Shown in pieces: positions 32,557-42,432 of a DNA stretch of 64,000 nt. Source of the DNA: Candidatus Bathyarchaeota archaeon (lineage in GTDB: Archaea > Thermoproteota > Bathyarchaeia > Bathyarchaeales > Bathycorpusculaceae); assembly GCA_963775465.1 (NCBI GenBank), contig CAVZIW010000010.1, forward strand, positions 1 through 64,000, written 5' to 3'. The position numbers and the translations under genes are program-made. Each line of letters starts with the position of its first letter. Within the stretch, counting starts at the first letter, position 1. A model generated the notes under the pieces. It was not told where the DNA came from and did no database searches. It was given only the letters and a program-made list of their open reading frames with translations.

Positions 32557-33497
32557 TGAGATTGAAAAGTACATCTAAAAAAACGATATTTTTTGTGATC
32601 ATGTTAGCTTTTTATTTGTCGCTCCTGGTTACTATTGAGCCCGTTAGTTCACAACCTCCCTTACCAACAATTCTTATCCAACCTGACGGCACTGTTTCTC
32701 CCCCGTCAGCGCCTATAATCCAGAAAGGTAACACCTACACTTTTACTGATAATATCTATTCTACTCTAAAGATTCAAAAAAGCAATATAGTGCTTGATGG
32801 TGCAGGGTACACGCTTTATGGTTCATACAACGGAACAGCGATGGATGTGTGGGTATTAGGTGAAGGGCCAGATCAGTTACCTCAAGGTATCTTGGCGCAA
32901 TATACGATTGGCATAGATTTAGCAAGCAGAACCGTGGAAGGAGTTTCAATCAGCAATCTGAATATACGCAATTTCAGTATTGGTATGTACATCTGGACCA
33001 AAAACAACACAATAACAGGAAATGCTGTTTACAACAACATCGTGGGCATACTGCTTTCCGGCGAAAATGAAACCGTCACTCAAAACTATATTTCTCAAAA
33101 CCAAAGGGGGCTATTCTTTGGTTTTAACAATCAAGGTGACACAATACCCCAAGACATTGAAATCAACCATAACGACTTTGAAAACAACGTGATCCAACTT
33201 AATGGCTGCGAATGCAAAGATTTCAACACAACTGAACCACCACACTGCTGGGACAACGGTAGAGAAGGCAATTTTTGGAGTGATTATAACGGAACTGATG
33301 CAAACAATGACGGCATAGGTGATACACCATACGTAATTGATCTCTTAAATCTAGATCGCTATCCCCTCATGCAAAGTCCCATTCAACCGGACTCTCCGAC
33401 ATTAATCTCCTTTGAGACGATAGGTTTGGGCGTTTTAGCGGCTGTTGTATTGGTTGCTGTGTCTTTAATCGTTTGGAACAGACGTAAAAGAATGTAG
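32556..33497 (+). CDS. NosD-like parallel beta-helix surface protein
   Basis: Signal peptide, SNIVLDGAGY, N-x-I repeats, GNFWSDYNGTDANNDGIGDTPY, C-terminal TM anchor. Confidence 0.85.
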   Translation: MRLKSTSKKTIFFVIMLAFYLSLLVTIEPVSSQPPLPTILIQPDGTVSPPSAPIIQKGNTYTFTDNIYSTLKIQKSNIVLDGAGYTLYGSYNGTAMDVWVLGEGPDQLPQGILAQYTIGIDLASRTVEGVSISNLNIRNFSIGMYIWTKNNTITGNAVYNNIVGILLSGENETVTQNYISQNQRGLFFGFNNQGDTIPQDIEINHNDFENNVIQLNGCECKDFNTTEPPHCWDNGREGNFWSDYNGTDANNDGIGDTPYVIDLLNLDRYPLMQSPIQPDSPTLISFETIGLGVLAAVVLVAVSLIVWNRRKRM

Positions 33498-33554
33498 TTT
33501 GTTTCCAGTATTCTTTTATTCTGTTTTTGAAATTATGTTTCGAAGGTTTGTTAA

Positions 33555-34148
33555 ATGAAGGTTGTTGCTTTTAATGGGAGCGCTCGAAAAGACGGAAACA
33601 CTGCTGCTTTAATTCAGCGCATTTTCAAAATTCTAGAGGCAGAAGACATCGAAACTGAATTCGTTCAGCTTGCAGGCCAGCAAATTCACGGTTGCACTGC
33701 ATGTGGAACCTGCCGCAAGCTTAAAAACAAAGAATGCAAGATCGTAAATGACAATGTTAACTTGTATATACAAAAAATGGTTGAGGCCGACGGCATTATT
33801 CTTGGTTCACCCACCTATTTTTCCATGATGAGTAGCGAAATGAAAGCATTAATTGACCGAGCAGGTTTTGTGGGAAGATCGAACGATGATTTGTTTAAAC
33901 GCAAAGTAGGCGCAGCTGTAGTTGCTGTACGTAGGGCAGGAGGTATTCCAACCTTTGACGCTATAAACCACTTCTTTCTTATCAGTCAAATGATTGTTCC
34001 TGGTTCCTCTTACTGGAATGTCGGAGTAGGTTTGAGCAAAGGGGACGTCGAAAAAGATGAGGAAGGCATGAAAACTATGGAAGATTTAGGCAGAAACATG
34101 GCTTGGTTGCTCAGAAAGTTGAATTCGTCTGAACATAAAGAGCTTTAA
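33555..34148 (+). CDS. Iron-sulfur flavoprotein (Isf/flavodoxin family)
   Basis: [16 protein letters not shown]-x7-C, GSPTYF, KALIDR. Confidence 0.9.
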   Translation: MKVVAFNGSARKDGNTAALIQRIFKILEAEDIETEFVQLAGQQIHGCTACGTCRKLKNKECKIVNDNVNLYIQKMVEADGIILGSPTYFSMMSSEMKALIDRAGFVGRSNDDLFKRKVGAAVVAVRRAGGIPTFDAINHFFLISQMIVPGSSYWNVGVGLSKGDVEKDEEGMKTMEDLGRNMAWLLRKLNSSEHKEL

Positions 34149-34178
34149 ATCCCAAACCTCCCCTATATATCTTGAAAG

Positions 34179-34514
34179 GTGACTTTGATGGTAAAGAAAG
34201 GATCCGAAGAATCTCATGATGCTTGCGTTTTGGCGATTGCGGAAGAACTAAAAAAAGATAAATGGGAAGTCAAAGCCAACTTGGAAGGTTGGAATAAACC
34301 TGAAAAAGTTGGTCCGATGGTTCCTGACGTGGTCGCGCAGAAGAAGGGTTGTTTGACAAGACTATGTCAAGTGGCAACTGAAGAAATGTTCCAAGGGGAC
34401 AAGGCACGTTATGTGGAATTCAAGAATTACTGTGATGAGTATGATTACAAGTTTTTCATTGTTAAGGATGGAAAACGCCAAGAGATTGACCCCAGAAGTT
34501 TAGTAAAAAAATAG
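34179..34514 (+). CDS. Hypothetical protein, possible restriction-endonuclease-like fold
   Basis: H...IAEEL...WEVKA...VPDVVA; GGTGA RBS. Confidence 0.65.
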   Translation: MTLMVKKGSEESHDACVLAIAEELKKDKWEVKANLEGWNKPEKVGPMVPDVVAQKKGCLTRLCQVATEEMFQGDKARYVEFKNYCDEYDYKFFIVKDGKRQEIDPRSLVKK

Positions 34515-34660
34515 CTGAAAAGGAAAATCGGTTATATCAGGTGATTGAAAACATACAGATTGCCTAGAGCTAAAGGTTGCTTGTAAGTTGGAGCTAAGTT
34601 GTGTTAATTAGAAAAATAGTTTTTTTAATTTTAATTTTCGAGGAAAAAACCTAAGTAACT

Positions 34661-34687
34661 AATACTTGAATCTTAAAGTCAAGTATT
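34661..34687. repeat. 9-bp perfect inverted repeat (terminator hairpin or operator)
   Basis: AATACTTGA-N9-TCAAGTATT, between convergent ORFs. Confidence 0.6.
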
Positions 34688-34690
34688 TTT

Positions 34691-34780
34691 TTATCGTGAT
34701 TGTTTTTTTGCTGCTGCAAGTCCGATTGGGCATTTTCTGTATCTGGGTACTTCGAACTCGAAGAGAGAAGTTTTCTTCAT
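34691..34780 (-). CDS. Putative 29-aa peptide
   Basis: MKKTSLFEFEVPRYRKCPIGLAAAKKQSR*; TTTAAATA TATA-like box ~30 nt upstream; hairpin just downstream. Confidence 0.4.
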   Translation of the reverse strand: MKKTSLFEFEVPRYRKCPIGLAAAKKQSR

Positions 34781-34885
34781 TTTAGTTCGTCGTTGATTTG
34801 TGTACTTTTTATTTAAAACGTTTTCGCTCTAAATGTAGTGTTTTTCTCATTAAACAGACGCTATAAGAGATTTGCGTCTACTTTG

Positions 34886-35515
34886 TTAATAGAAGCATTG
34901 AATGTATTCTCGAACTTTGAATTTCACACCTAAATTATTTGCGAGCGCTTGCACTTTGGCTAAATTGACTTCCGGTAAACGAACAGCTGTTGCCTCAACT
35001 TCAAGCAACTTTTTGGTTCTGCAAATAAAATCGAGTAGGGCTTCATAGGCTTCTGGAAAATTTGGCTTGCAGATTTCCATGTATTTTTCTTTGGTTTCTG
35101 CGTTTAAGCTAACGCTTACTTTTTCGATTCCTGTATTCTTCATTTCCGCGGCGACATCTCTTCCTGGATTGAGGAGGTAACCATGTCCATTTGTATCTAC
35201 TCGCATTTTTAGTGGCCTACCATAATATTGTCTAACCCATTTGGCGACTTCAAGCAATGCATCCAATCGCTCTGTTGGCTCGCCAAAACCGCAAAAGACT
35301 AATTCATCCCAGTTTCGCAAATGCAAAACCTCGGATAATTCGGTTTTAATTTCTTTGACGGTGGGCTCTTCTTTGAGTTTTAGGTTGAATCCTCCAACCC
35401 CGCGTTTGTATTTGCGTATGCAGAAGTAGCAGCAATTGGAGCATTGGTTTGTTATGTTGAGATAAAGCGTGTTGTCTAGCCAATACACCGTTTTAGGTCT
35501 GTCGTTCTCAACCAT
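34886..35515 (-). CDS. TatD-associated radical SAM protein
   Basis: LYLNITNQCSNCCYFCIR, VFCGFGEP, DTNGHG, SVSLNA. Confidence 0.88.
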   Translation of the reverse strand: MVENDRPKTVYWLDNTLYLNITNQCSNCCYFCIRKYKRGVGGFNLKLKEEPTVKEIKTELSEVLHLRNWDELVFCGFGEPTERLDALLEVAKWVRQYYGRPLKMRVDTNGHGYLLNPGRDVAAEMKNTGIEKVSVSLNAETKEKYMEICKPNFPEAYEALLDFICRTKKLLEVEATAVRLPEVNLAKVQALANNLGVKFKVREYIQCFY

Positions 35516-35677
35516 ATTTTGTTTTCACTGCCAACAATTTTTCAATGAAAACTACGCTCTTATACCCTATAGATGTACCTCTCTTTGAGATTTTATCTTC
35601 AGACAGGTGGATTTATTTCAGGTTTTGCGAATACTTTTTGTCTACCAGAAGGCAATAGTAAGAGATGTGAACGTTCG

Positions 35678-36550
35678 GTGTCTCTTATTTCAAGCTTTGA
35701 TCCATGGCGTTCTGGCCTTTGCACTTGCCCACCTAAGCTTACTTTTAACCCTTACACTGGATGCGACCATCAATGCCTCTACTGTTACGCTTCAAGTTAC
35801 ATCTCCAACTTTAAAGATTGCCACCCAAAAAAAGACTTAATCGCAAGATTAAGGCGGGAAGCGGCAAAGCTTAGTGGCCAAACAATATCTATTGCCAACT
35901 CTTCTGACCCTTATCCGCGAAAAGAAGCCTCTGAATGCTTAACTAGGCGGTGTCTTGAGGTGTTAGCGGGTTGCAACTGTAAAATCCAAATCATAACAAA
36001 AAGCAACATAGTTGCTCGAGATGACGACCTCTTGAGCAAGATTCCCGCAACAGTTGCTTTAACAATAACAACGGATAACGAATTTTTAGCTAGCATTATT
36101 GAGCCAAATGCGCCAAAACCTTTTCAGCGAATTAGAGCTGCTCAGGACTTAATCGAGGTAGGTGTTCCTGTTTCTGTTCGCATCGACCCAATCATCCCCA
36201 ACATAAATGACCAACCCCAAAAACTTATAAAAACTCTTGCAAACATCGGGGTTAAGCATATAACCTGTTCGACTTACAAAGCAAAATCTGACAACTGGAA
36301 ACGTCTGAATGATGCATTGCCTAAAGTAATGGAACAGCTTAAACCGCTGTATTTTCAAGAAGGAGAAAAAATCGGCGGAAGTGCACTCTTGCCCAAAAAT
36401 TATCGCTTCAAACTCCTTAAAAACGTGAGGGAGCAGGTTTTAGCGATGGGGCTACAGTTTGGGGTGTGCAGAGAAGGGATGACCGAGCTGAACACCGCGG
36501 TATGTGATGGGTCATGGCTTTTGCCCAAAACAAAAGGAGGCTTTGTTTAA
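35678..36550 (+). CDS. SPL-family radical SAM protein (DNA repair photolyase-like)
   Basis: NPYTGCDHQCLYCYA, SSDPYP, ITKS, IEPNAP, RIDPIIP; probable GTG start at 35678. Confidence 0.85.
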   Translation: MSLISSFDPWRSGLCTCPPKLTFNPYTGCDHQCLYCYASSYISNFKDCHPKKDLIARLRREAAKLSGQTISIANSSDPYPRKEASECLTRRCLEVLAGCNCKIQIITKSNIVARDDDLLSKIPATVALTITTDNEFLASIIEPNAPKPFQRIRAAQDLIEVGVPVSVRIDPIIPNINDQPQKLIKTLANIGVKHITCSTYKAKSDNWKRLNDALPKVMEQLKPLYFQEGEKIGGSALLPKNYRFKLLKNVREQVLAMGLQFGVCREGMTELNTAVCDGSWLLPKTKGGFV

Positions 36551-37653
36551 TGCAGAATCGTGTGATTATGCTGGCGGATTTTGATTATTTTTTTGCCCAA
36601 TGTGAGGAACTTCGTGACCCTTCAATTAAAGATAAGCCTGTGGTTGTGGGAGTTTATTCTGGCCGTACTGAGGATAGCGGGGCGGTGTCTACTAGTAATT
36701 ATATTGCTCGCGAATTTGGTGTGAAGTCCGGTTTGCCTTTATTTATGGCTAAACGTAAATTGGAGGGTACGGATGCTGTTTTCTTCAAGGTTGACCATAA
36801 ATATTATGACCAAATCAGTGATCGAATAATGCAGATTTTCCGAACATATGCTAGTAGCCTTGAGCAGGTCAGTGTGGACGAAGCTTATTTGGACGTTACT
36901 GAGGAGGTTGATGGAAGCTTTGAAAAAGCTATGGAGTACGCCCAGACGATCAAGGCAGATGTAAAAGTTCAAGTTGGCATTTCTTTTTCTATCGGTGTTG
37001 GTCCGAACAAACTTCTTGCCAAAATTGCTTGCGACAGCCAAAAACCTGACGGTTTAACTATTGTGAAACCTGAAGATGCGGAATCTTTTCTTGCGCCCCT
37101 TTCAGTTGATTGCCTTTTAGGTGTCGGTAAAAAAACCAACAAGCGTATGGAGCAGATGGGCATTAGAACTATCGGTGATCTTGCCAAGTACGATTGCCAG
37201 AGGCTGATTGAAGTTTTCGGCAAAACTGTGGGAATATACTTTCATAATGCAGCTAATGGTATAGATAACGAACCCGTTATGGAACAGGGTGATGCCGGAT
37301 CCATCAGCCGTATAGGTACTCTAAAGCAGGATACGCGAGACCTGGATTTTATTTTGCAGAAAACCGATGAACTAATCGAAGATATCCACAAGGACGTTTC
37401 GGCTAAGAAGTTGAGTTTCAAAACTGTGTCAATCTACATGGTAATGGTGGATTTAAGCAGTAAAACACGTTCTGTAACATTAGATCAACCTGTAAAAGAT
37501 AAGGAGACAATTAAACGAAATACCCGCAGCTTGTTTGAGAAGTTTCTGGGAGAATCTACTCTTGAAATCCGAAGAGTCGGTGTGAAAGTTTCAGGGTTTA
37601 GCAAAGAAGAGCCTAATCAGAGGCAGTTAACAACCTTTTTCCAGAGTACATGA
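36550..37653 (+). CDS. dinB: DNA polymerase IV (Y family)
   Basis: DFDYFFAQCE, SNYIAREFGVKSG, SVDEAYLD, KPDG, GVGKKT; C-terminal PIP-like QRQLTTFF. Confidence 0.94.
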   Translation: MQNRVIMLADFDYFFAQCEELRDPSIKDKPVVVGVYSGRTEDSGAVSTSNYIAREFGVKSGLPLFMAKRKLEGTDAVFFKVDHKYYDQISDRIMQIFRTYASSLEQVSVDEAYLDVTEEVDGSFEKAMEYAQTIKADVKVQVGISFSIGVGPNKLLAKIACDSQKPDGLTIVKPEDAESFLAPLSVDCLLGVGKKTNKRMEQMGIRTIGDLAKYDCQRLIEVFGKTVGIYFHNAANGIDNEPVMEQGDAGSISRIGTLKQDTRDLDFILQKTDELIEDIHKDVSAKKLSFKTVSIYMVMVDLSSKTRSVTLDQPVKDKETIKRNTRSLFEKFLGESTLEIRRVGVKVSGFSKEEPNQRQLTTFFQST

Positions 37654-37774
37654 ATTTTTTTGCCTGATTGCTGCAAATTGATGGTTTCTAAATTGGGTTA
37701 CATCAGCACTTTCTTTGAACCCGTGACGGTAACCTTTTTTTCCAGGAAATATTGATACTATTTAGTGATTCTTT

Positions 37775-38362
37775 TTGTCTTCTCCTAAAAAAATGTTGCC
37801 GCCTGATCAAACCGCTACAGCCCGTATCTTGCGTTGGGGGAGTGATCATCCAGGAATAACTTCAGTTAACCCTCAACTGAAAAGAGAAAAGTACACGTTG
37901 ACTATCGACGGTGAAGTTGATAAGCCTGTTACACTTAGCTGGATTGATTTTTTGGCGTTACCCAAAACAGTTTCTATTAGTGATTTTCACTGTGTAGAGG
38001 GATGGAGCGTTTTGGATTGTAGCTGGGAGGGTGTTCTAATCCGAGACATTGAAAATCTAGTCAAGCCTCGAGATGTCGCGCGCGCTGTTTCTTTTGAGTC
38101 TGCTGACAACTATCTAACGTCCCTATTCCGTGAAGAGCTAGCCGGTGATGACGTATTGTTAGCTTACAAACTTAACGGTGAATTTCTTGAAGAAGGTTTG
38201 GGGGCCCCTGTGCGTCTAATCGTGCCAGATAAGTATGCTTACAAGAGTGCCCTTTGGGTGGTGAGACTGCGGTTTACGAGAAATAAGGAGTTGGGTTTTT
38301 GGGAGCGCCGAGGTTATAGTGACAGTGCGGATGTGTGGCGAAATGACCGTTTCAGGCGCTAA
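37775..38362 (+). CDS. Molybdopterin-dependent oxidoreductase (sulfite oxidase/MsrP-like)
   Basis: DFHCVEGWS, WEGV, GAPVRLIVP, YKSALW, GFWERRGY. Confidence 0.88.
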   Translation: MSSPKKMLPPDQTATARILRWGSDHPGITSVNPQLKREKYTLTIDGEVDKPVTLSWIDFLALPKTVSISDFHCVEGWSVLDCSWEGVLIRDIENLVKPRDVARAVSFESADNYLTSLFREELAGDDVLLAYKLNGEFLEEGLGAPVRLIVPDKYAYKSALWVVRLRFTRNKELGFWERRGYSDSADVWRNDRFRR

Positions 38363-38514
38363 CTTACCAAGATGTTTCTTAGAATTAGACGCTTTGCAGG
38401 ATATTTTTTTGTTATTTTCAATACTTACTGCTGATTCATAAGAGATTTTAAAGCGATGGAAAATGTTTATAAGTTAACTTTGATATCGCGTTGTCTCTTT
38501 AAGAGGTAGAAAAA

Positions 38515-38664
38515 ATGTCACAGCAAAATGATCTGAGGCGTAAAGAAGACTTTCAAGCAATCGTCGAATCATCCACTAATTTGCCGAAAGATAGTCGGAA
38601 GAATGAGTCTTCACAGAAACGTAAAGACGACGCAGAACAAGCGCTTTACCTGACTAGAATATAG
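38515..38664 (+). CDS. Putative 49-aa hydrophilic protein
   Basis: MSQQNDLRRKEDFQAIVESS...AEQALYLTRI*; GAGGT RBS and TTTATAAG upstream, T-rich tract downstream. Confidence 0.55.
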   Translation: MSQQNDLRRKEDFQAIVESSTNLPKDSRKNESSQKRKDDAEQALYLTRI

Positions 38665-38741
38665 TCTTCAATTTTTTCTTGATGGTTGTACTCTTTTATA
38701 GTTGTGTCCCTTCGTTTAGTTGTTGCAGGAGAAGCTAAACC

Positions 38742-39185
38742 TTGAATTACACGCAAACTTCGCTAGGGAGAATTTTTGTGCTCCGGCTTCACCAGAACGA
38801 ACGTTTACACGAAATAATAGAGAGCTTCGCAAAAGAAAAACGGGTCAAAAGTGGGATGTGCTTTTTTTTGGGCGGTGCAGAAGACAAGAGTAAAGTTGTT
38901 GTTGGACCTAAAGATGGCAAAGCAACCCTTCCTGAACCTATGATTACTCTGTTAAAAGGCGTGCATGAAGGCTATGGGGTAGGCACGATATTCACTGATG
39001 AGGCAGGTGCGCCAAAGTTACATATGCATGCAAGTTTTGGCAGAAACGATAATACCGTATCTGGTTGTGTTAGGAAGGGTGTAGATGTCTGGCAAATTGG
39101 TGAAGTTGTGATTTTCGAATTTTCTGGGGGTTCAGCGAAAAGAGCAAAAAATAAGGAAACTGGTTTTGAGCTCTTGGAGTGCTAG
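38742..39185 (+). CDS. PPC/DUF296 domain protein
   Basis: GRIFVLRL, HEGYGVGTI, LHMHASFG. Confidence 0.85.
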   Translation: MNYTQTSLGRIFVLRLHQNERLHEIIESFAKEKRVKSGMCFFLGGAEDKSKVVVGPKDGKATLPEPMITLLKGVHEGYGVGTIFTDEAGAPKLHMHASFGRNDNTVSGCVRKGVDVWQIGEVVIFEFSGGSAKRAKNKETGFELLEC

Positions 39186-40792
39186 CCTAAGAAGCGTACT
39201 AGGAAGATTCTGTGTCCCATCCAGCCGTTGTAGTCTCCCCAGAAAGGTTGATCCTGCGGATCACCGAACCGTCCAGTATTGTAGATCATTTGTTCCACCT
39301 GGGTGTAGTCTAATGTTGAGTTAAAGAATTTTGTATTTATTCCGAAATCATAGAGAATTATGTACTTCACGTTTCGCTCCACACAAAGGTTGAGGAATTC
39401 TGTGATGTTGAAATTTGGAGTAAAAGCATCAACAGCTAAAGAGGGGTATTGCCAAATTTGGTCGCCAGACATGTTCTTAGGTAAGTAAAAGCGAAACATG
39501 TCTTGACTAAGAAGGTTAAAAGAGCAGACCAATACAGCAGATTGAGTTTGACTTAAATTTCCTGCCAAATAGCTGGCAGCCTCTTGTATTGGAATGTGAA
39601 TTTGGTCACGAACTGTCATTTGATAAGCGTCATAGCTGCTGTAAGCGACTGCAGAAGCTATAACGATTATGAAAAGGGCTGCTGCGATCTTTTTTCTCCG
39701 ATCGGAGTTTATGCCTTTTTCTTGAGGTTTCCAACTTCGAACTCTTGCGTATAGAAAAATGATAAAACAAGCAGCTGAAATGGCTAAAATTGGGAATAAA
39801 GGCGTCACATAACGCCACTGTCGGTTAGGAATCCACGTGAAAAATCCGTAAATAACCAAAAACCAGGTTAGAAGAAATATATCTTGTTTACTTCTTCTGT
39901 AAGCAAACAATCCTAATCCGCAAAGTCCCAAAATGAATATGGGCAACGAGATCGGGTGAACAGGTATGTCTTTGAATGGCCATGCCATTTCCATTAAATA
40001 ATAAATGGGGAGAGGTTGGAAACGGTTACTGTAAGCGGGGCGGTCTTGTCCACCCTCACTTATAACGTATTGAATTGTTTCAAATTTGGTTACTCCGTTG
40101 TAATGGTAAATCATGAAAAACCAAGGCATTACCACTAAAACCGCAACCAATACAATTACCAGAAGCTTTGCCAGGTTCAACGTGAGTTTCTTTCTGGAAA
40201 GGAACAGAATACTCAAGAACATCGCTATAGCCGCTACAACAATCTGGTATTTAGCGAGAATACCAATTCCCAAAGCTAAACCACTAAAAATTAGTGTCTT
40301 GTTGGAGTCTTTGGTCAACCAACTGTAAAATGTGAACATAACCAAAGTGAAGAAAAATATAAGCATGGTTTCAAGTAAGGTGACTCGCGATAACCAGAAA
40401 AAACCTGGCATAGTGCCCAGAAGAACACTTGATATTAATGCTGTTTTTGTTCCGTAGGTTTTTTTCACAAACAGGAACAACAAGCCAATTGCCAACATTG
40501 CAAATGTGGTAGCTACTAATCGCCCCGCAATTTGATCGGCTCCAAAGATTTTTAAGTACCCAGTTGTGACCAAATCAAAGATTGGTGGGTAGTACCCGTA
40601 AGTAGTCATGTAACTCCAAATTTGTCCACGTACGAGTAGTGTGCCGCCATAAAGGTGGGGCATTTCATCCCACTGAACAGACATATACCCGATTTGATAG
40701 AGAGCAGCGACAGCAAAGATAATCAAGAAAACCAGCAAAACCAATTTGTAGCGATGCTTTTTTGCGAACCCTACCTTGGTTTGTGTGGACAT
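39182..40792 (-). CDS. GT-C membrane glycosyltransferase (PMT_2/GT39-like)
   Basis: WDEMPH, YPP, GRL, LAKY, RYVTPLFP; many TM helices. Confidence 0.85.
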   Translation of the reverse strand: MSTQTKVGFAKKHRYKLVLLVFLIIFAVAALYQIGYMSVQWDEMPHLYGGTLLVRGQIWSYMTTYGYYPPIFDLVTTGYLKIFGADQIAGRLVATTFAMLAIGLLFLFVKKTYGTKTALISSVLLGTMPGFFWLSRVTLLETMLIFFFTLVMFTFYSWLTKDSNKTLIFSGLALGIGILAKYQIVVAAIAMFLSILFLSRKKLTLNLAKLLVIVLVAVLVVMPWFFMIYHYNGVTKFETIQYVISEGGQDRPAYSNRFQPLPIYYLMEMAWPFKDIPVHPISLPIFILGLCGLGLFAYRRSKQDIFLLTWFLVIYGFFTWIPNRQWRYVTPLFPILAISAACFIIFLYARVRSWKPQEKGINSDRRKKIAAALFIIVIASAVAYSSYDAYQMTVRDQIHIPIQEAASYLAGNLSQTQSAVLVCSFNLLSQDMFRFYLPKNMSGDQIWQYPSLAVDAFTPNFNITEFLNLCVERNVKYIILYDFGINTKFFNSTLDYTQVEQMIYNTGRFGDPQDQPFWGDYNGWMGHRIFLVRFLG

Positions 40793-40978
40793 AGGGTTAA
40801 TGCTGGTGTTTTGGGATATGTTTAGCGACCCCTTTTATGGAAAGAGAATTAGTGAATCGACATCTAAAAAGACTTTGCCAAAGCTCCCAAAATGTTGTTC
40901 TTTAAAATTTGAGGGATATACGCAAGTCATTTATGGGTAAGAATAGTTTGTTTTTGCGTTCAGGAAGAGTAATACAAT

Positions 40979-41704
40979 TTGAAAAACAGCCAGCCCACCA
41001 AGGAAATTTCAATTCTGTTGCCTGCCTTTAACGAGGCCGTCCAGATTGAACGATGTATCCTTGAAGTGGAAAAAGCTGTCAAAGCGCTTTCAAAATCTTA
41101 CGAAATAATCGTGTCAGAAGACGGTAGCACAGACGGAACTGCGGAAATCGTTGAGAGAATGGCAAAAAATAACCCAAACCTTTTCCTTCTGCATTCGCCA
41201 ACGCGCCTTGGAAAAGGGAAAGGCATCAAGAACGCCCTTAGTTTCTCAAAAGGCAGAATTATAACATTCATGGACGTTGATTTAGCAACTGATCTCGATT
41301 GTTTGCCAGAACTTCTAAAGGTAGTTAAAGAAAATCGTGGAATGGCAATAGGGTCAAGACATGTTAAGGGTTCAGTTGTTCAGCGTCGATTATCCAGAAC
41401 TTTGTTTAGTTTAACCTACAACGTACTGGTTCGACTGCTGTTTTTAGACGGAATAAATGATCATCAATGTGGCTTTAAGACTATGAGTCGAGATGTTGCC
41501 GAAGTTGTATTGAGCAGTTCTAAATCTGACGGATACTTTTTTGATACAGAAATGATTGTCAGGTGCAAAAACCTTGGCTTTTCTGTTGTTGAAGTCCCTG
41601 TCAAATGGTCGGAGAGAAACAAAGGCGGCTCGAAAGTTAACCCCGCTAGAGATTCAAAAAAGATTGGCATGGACATGTTGGCTTTTAGATTTAGGCATAA
41701 ATAA
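40979..41704 (+). CDS. GT2 dolichyl-phosphate glycosyltransferase
   Basis: LPAFNE, EDGSTDGT, GKG, MDVDL, GSR, DHQCGFK, FDTE. Confidence 0.9.
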   Translation: MKNSQPTKEISILLPAFNEAVQIERCILEVEKAVKALSKSYEIIVSEDGSTDGTAEIVERMAKNNPNLFLLHSPTRLGKGKGIKNALSFSKGRIITFMDVDLATDLDCLPELLKVVKENRGMAIGSRHVKGSVVQRRLSRTLFSLTYNVLVRLLFLDGINDHQCGFKTMSRDVAEVVLSSSKSDGYFFDTEMIVRCKNLGFSVVEVPVKWSERNKGGSKVNPARDSKKIGMDMLAFRFRHK

Positions 41705-41769
41705 TTTTTTTCATAAAGAGGAGTCATCTAATTAGGCAATTTTGAACTATTGCTCCAGGTTCTCCTGTT

Positions 41770-42420
41770 TTATTTTTCCCTCATTCTTTTCAGCTTTTGG
41801 AACTCATACATGAGGTTCAAGTTAAAAGGGACAGCTTTCCCAACGGCTTGACAGCGACCTTTAACAATTGCCTCTGCAATTAATTCAACACTGGGTTCAT
41901 CGACTTCAATAACAGTATAACCATAGCCAATTTGTGGTCCATAATGTGCGTCAGTTCCTCCGACATGGGAGAGATTTAAGCGCTCAGCTGTTTGAGAGGC
42001 TTTCTTAACGCTTCTTTTGAAAGGAAATGCTCTAGCGTTTATAATCTCGATAGCATCAAAGGTGCCACAGACACTTTCTTTTAGACCGCTCTTGAACAAT
42101 ACAAACGGGTGACAAGCAATAGCCACCCCTCCTGAATTATGAATGCGTTCCACTGTCTCTGCGGCATTTAAACCACTGGGAATCAATTCCTTTACATTCA
42201 ACGCTACGATGTGTCCATCGCTACTGGAAACCTCCATACCTGGAATTATCAAAAAATCGGTTTCTTCTGCAATCTTATAGGCGCCATCTAGGTAATTATG
42301 ATCCGTTACTGCAACAGCGTTTAATCCACTTTTTTTTGAGTAATAGATAAGGTCTTTGGGCGTTATTAGTGAATCATTTGAATAAGTAGTATGGACATGC
42401 AGGTCAGCTTTGATTTGCAT
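41770..42420 (-). CDS. PHP-domain phosphoesterase
   Basis: DLHVHT, VTDHN, GMEV, HPF, GGTDAH. Confidence 0.9.
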   Translation of the reverse strand: MQIKADLHVHTTYSNDSLITPKDLIYYSKKSGLNAVAVTDHNYLDGAYKIAEETDFLIIPGMEVSSSDGHIVALNVKELIPSGLNAAETVERIHNSGGVAIACHPFVLFKSGLKESVCGTFDAIEIINARAFPFKRSVKKASQTAERLNLSHVGGTDAHYGPQIGYGYTVIEVDEPSVELIAEAIVKGRCQAVGKAVPFNLNLMYEFQKLKRMREK

Positions 42421-42432
42421 TGCTTAGCCTCA

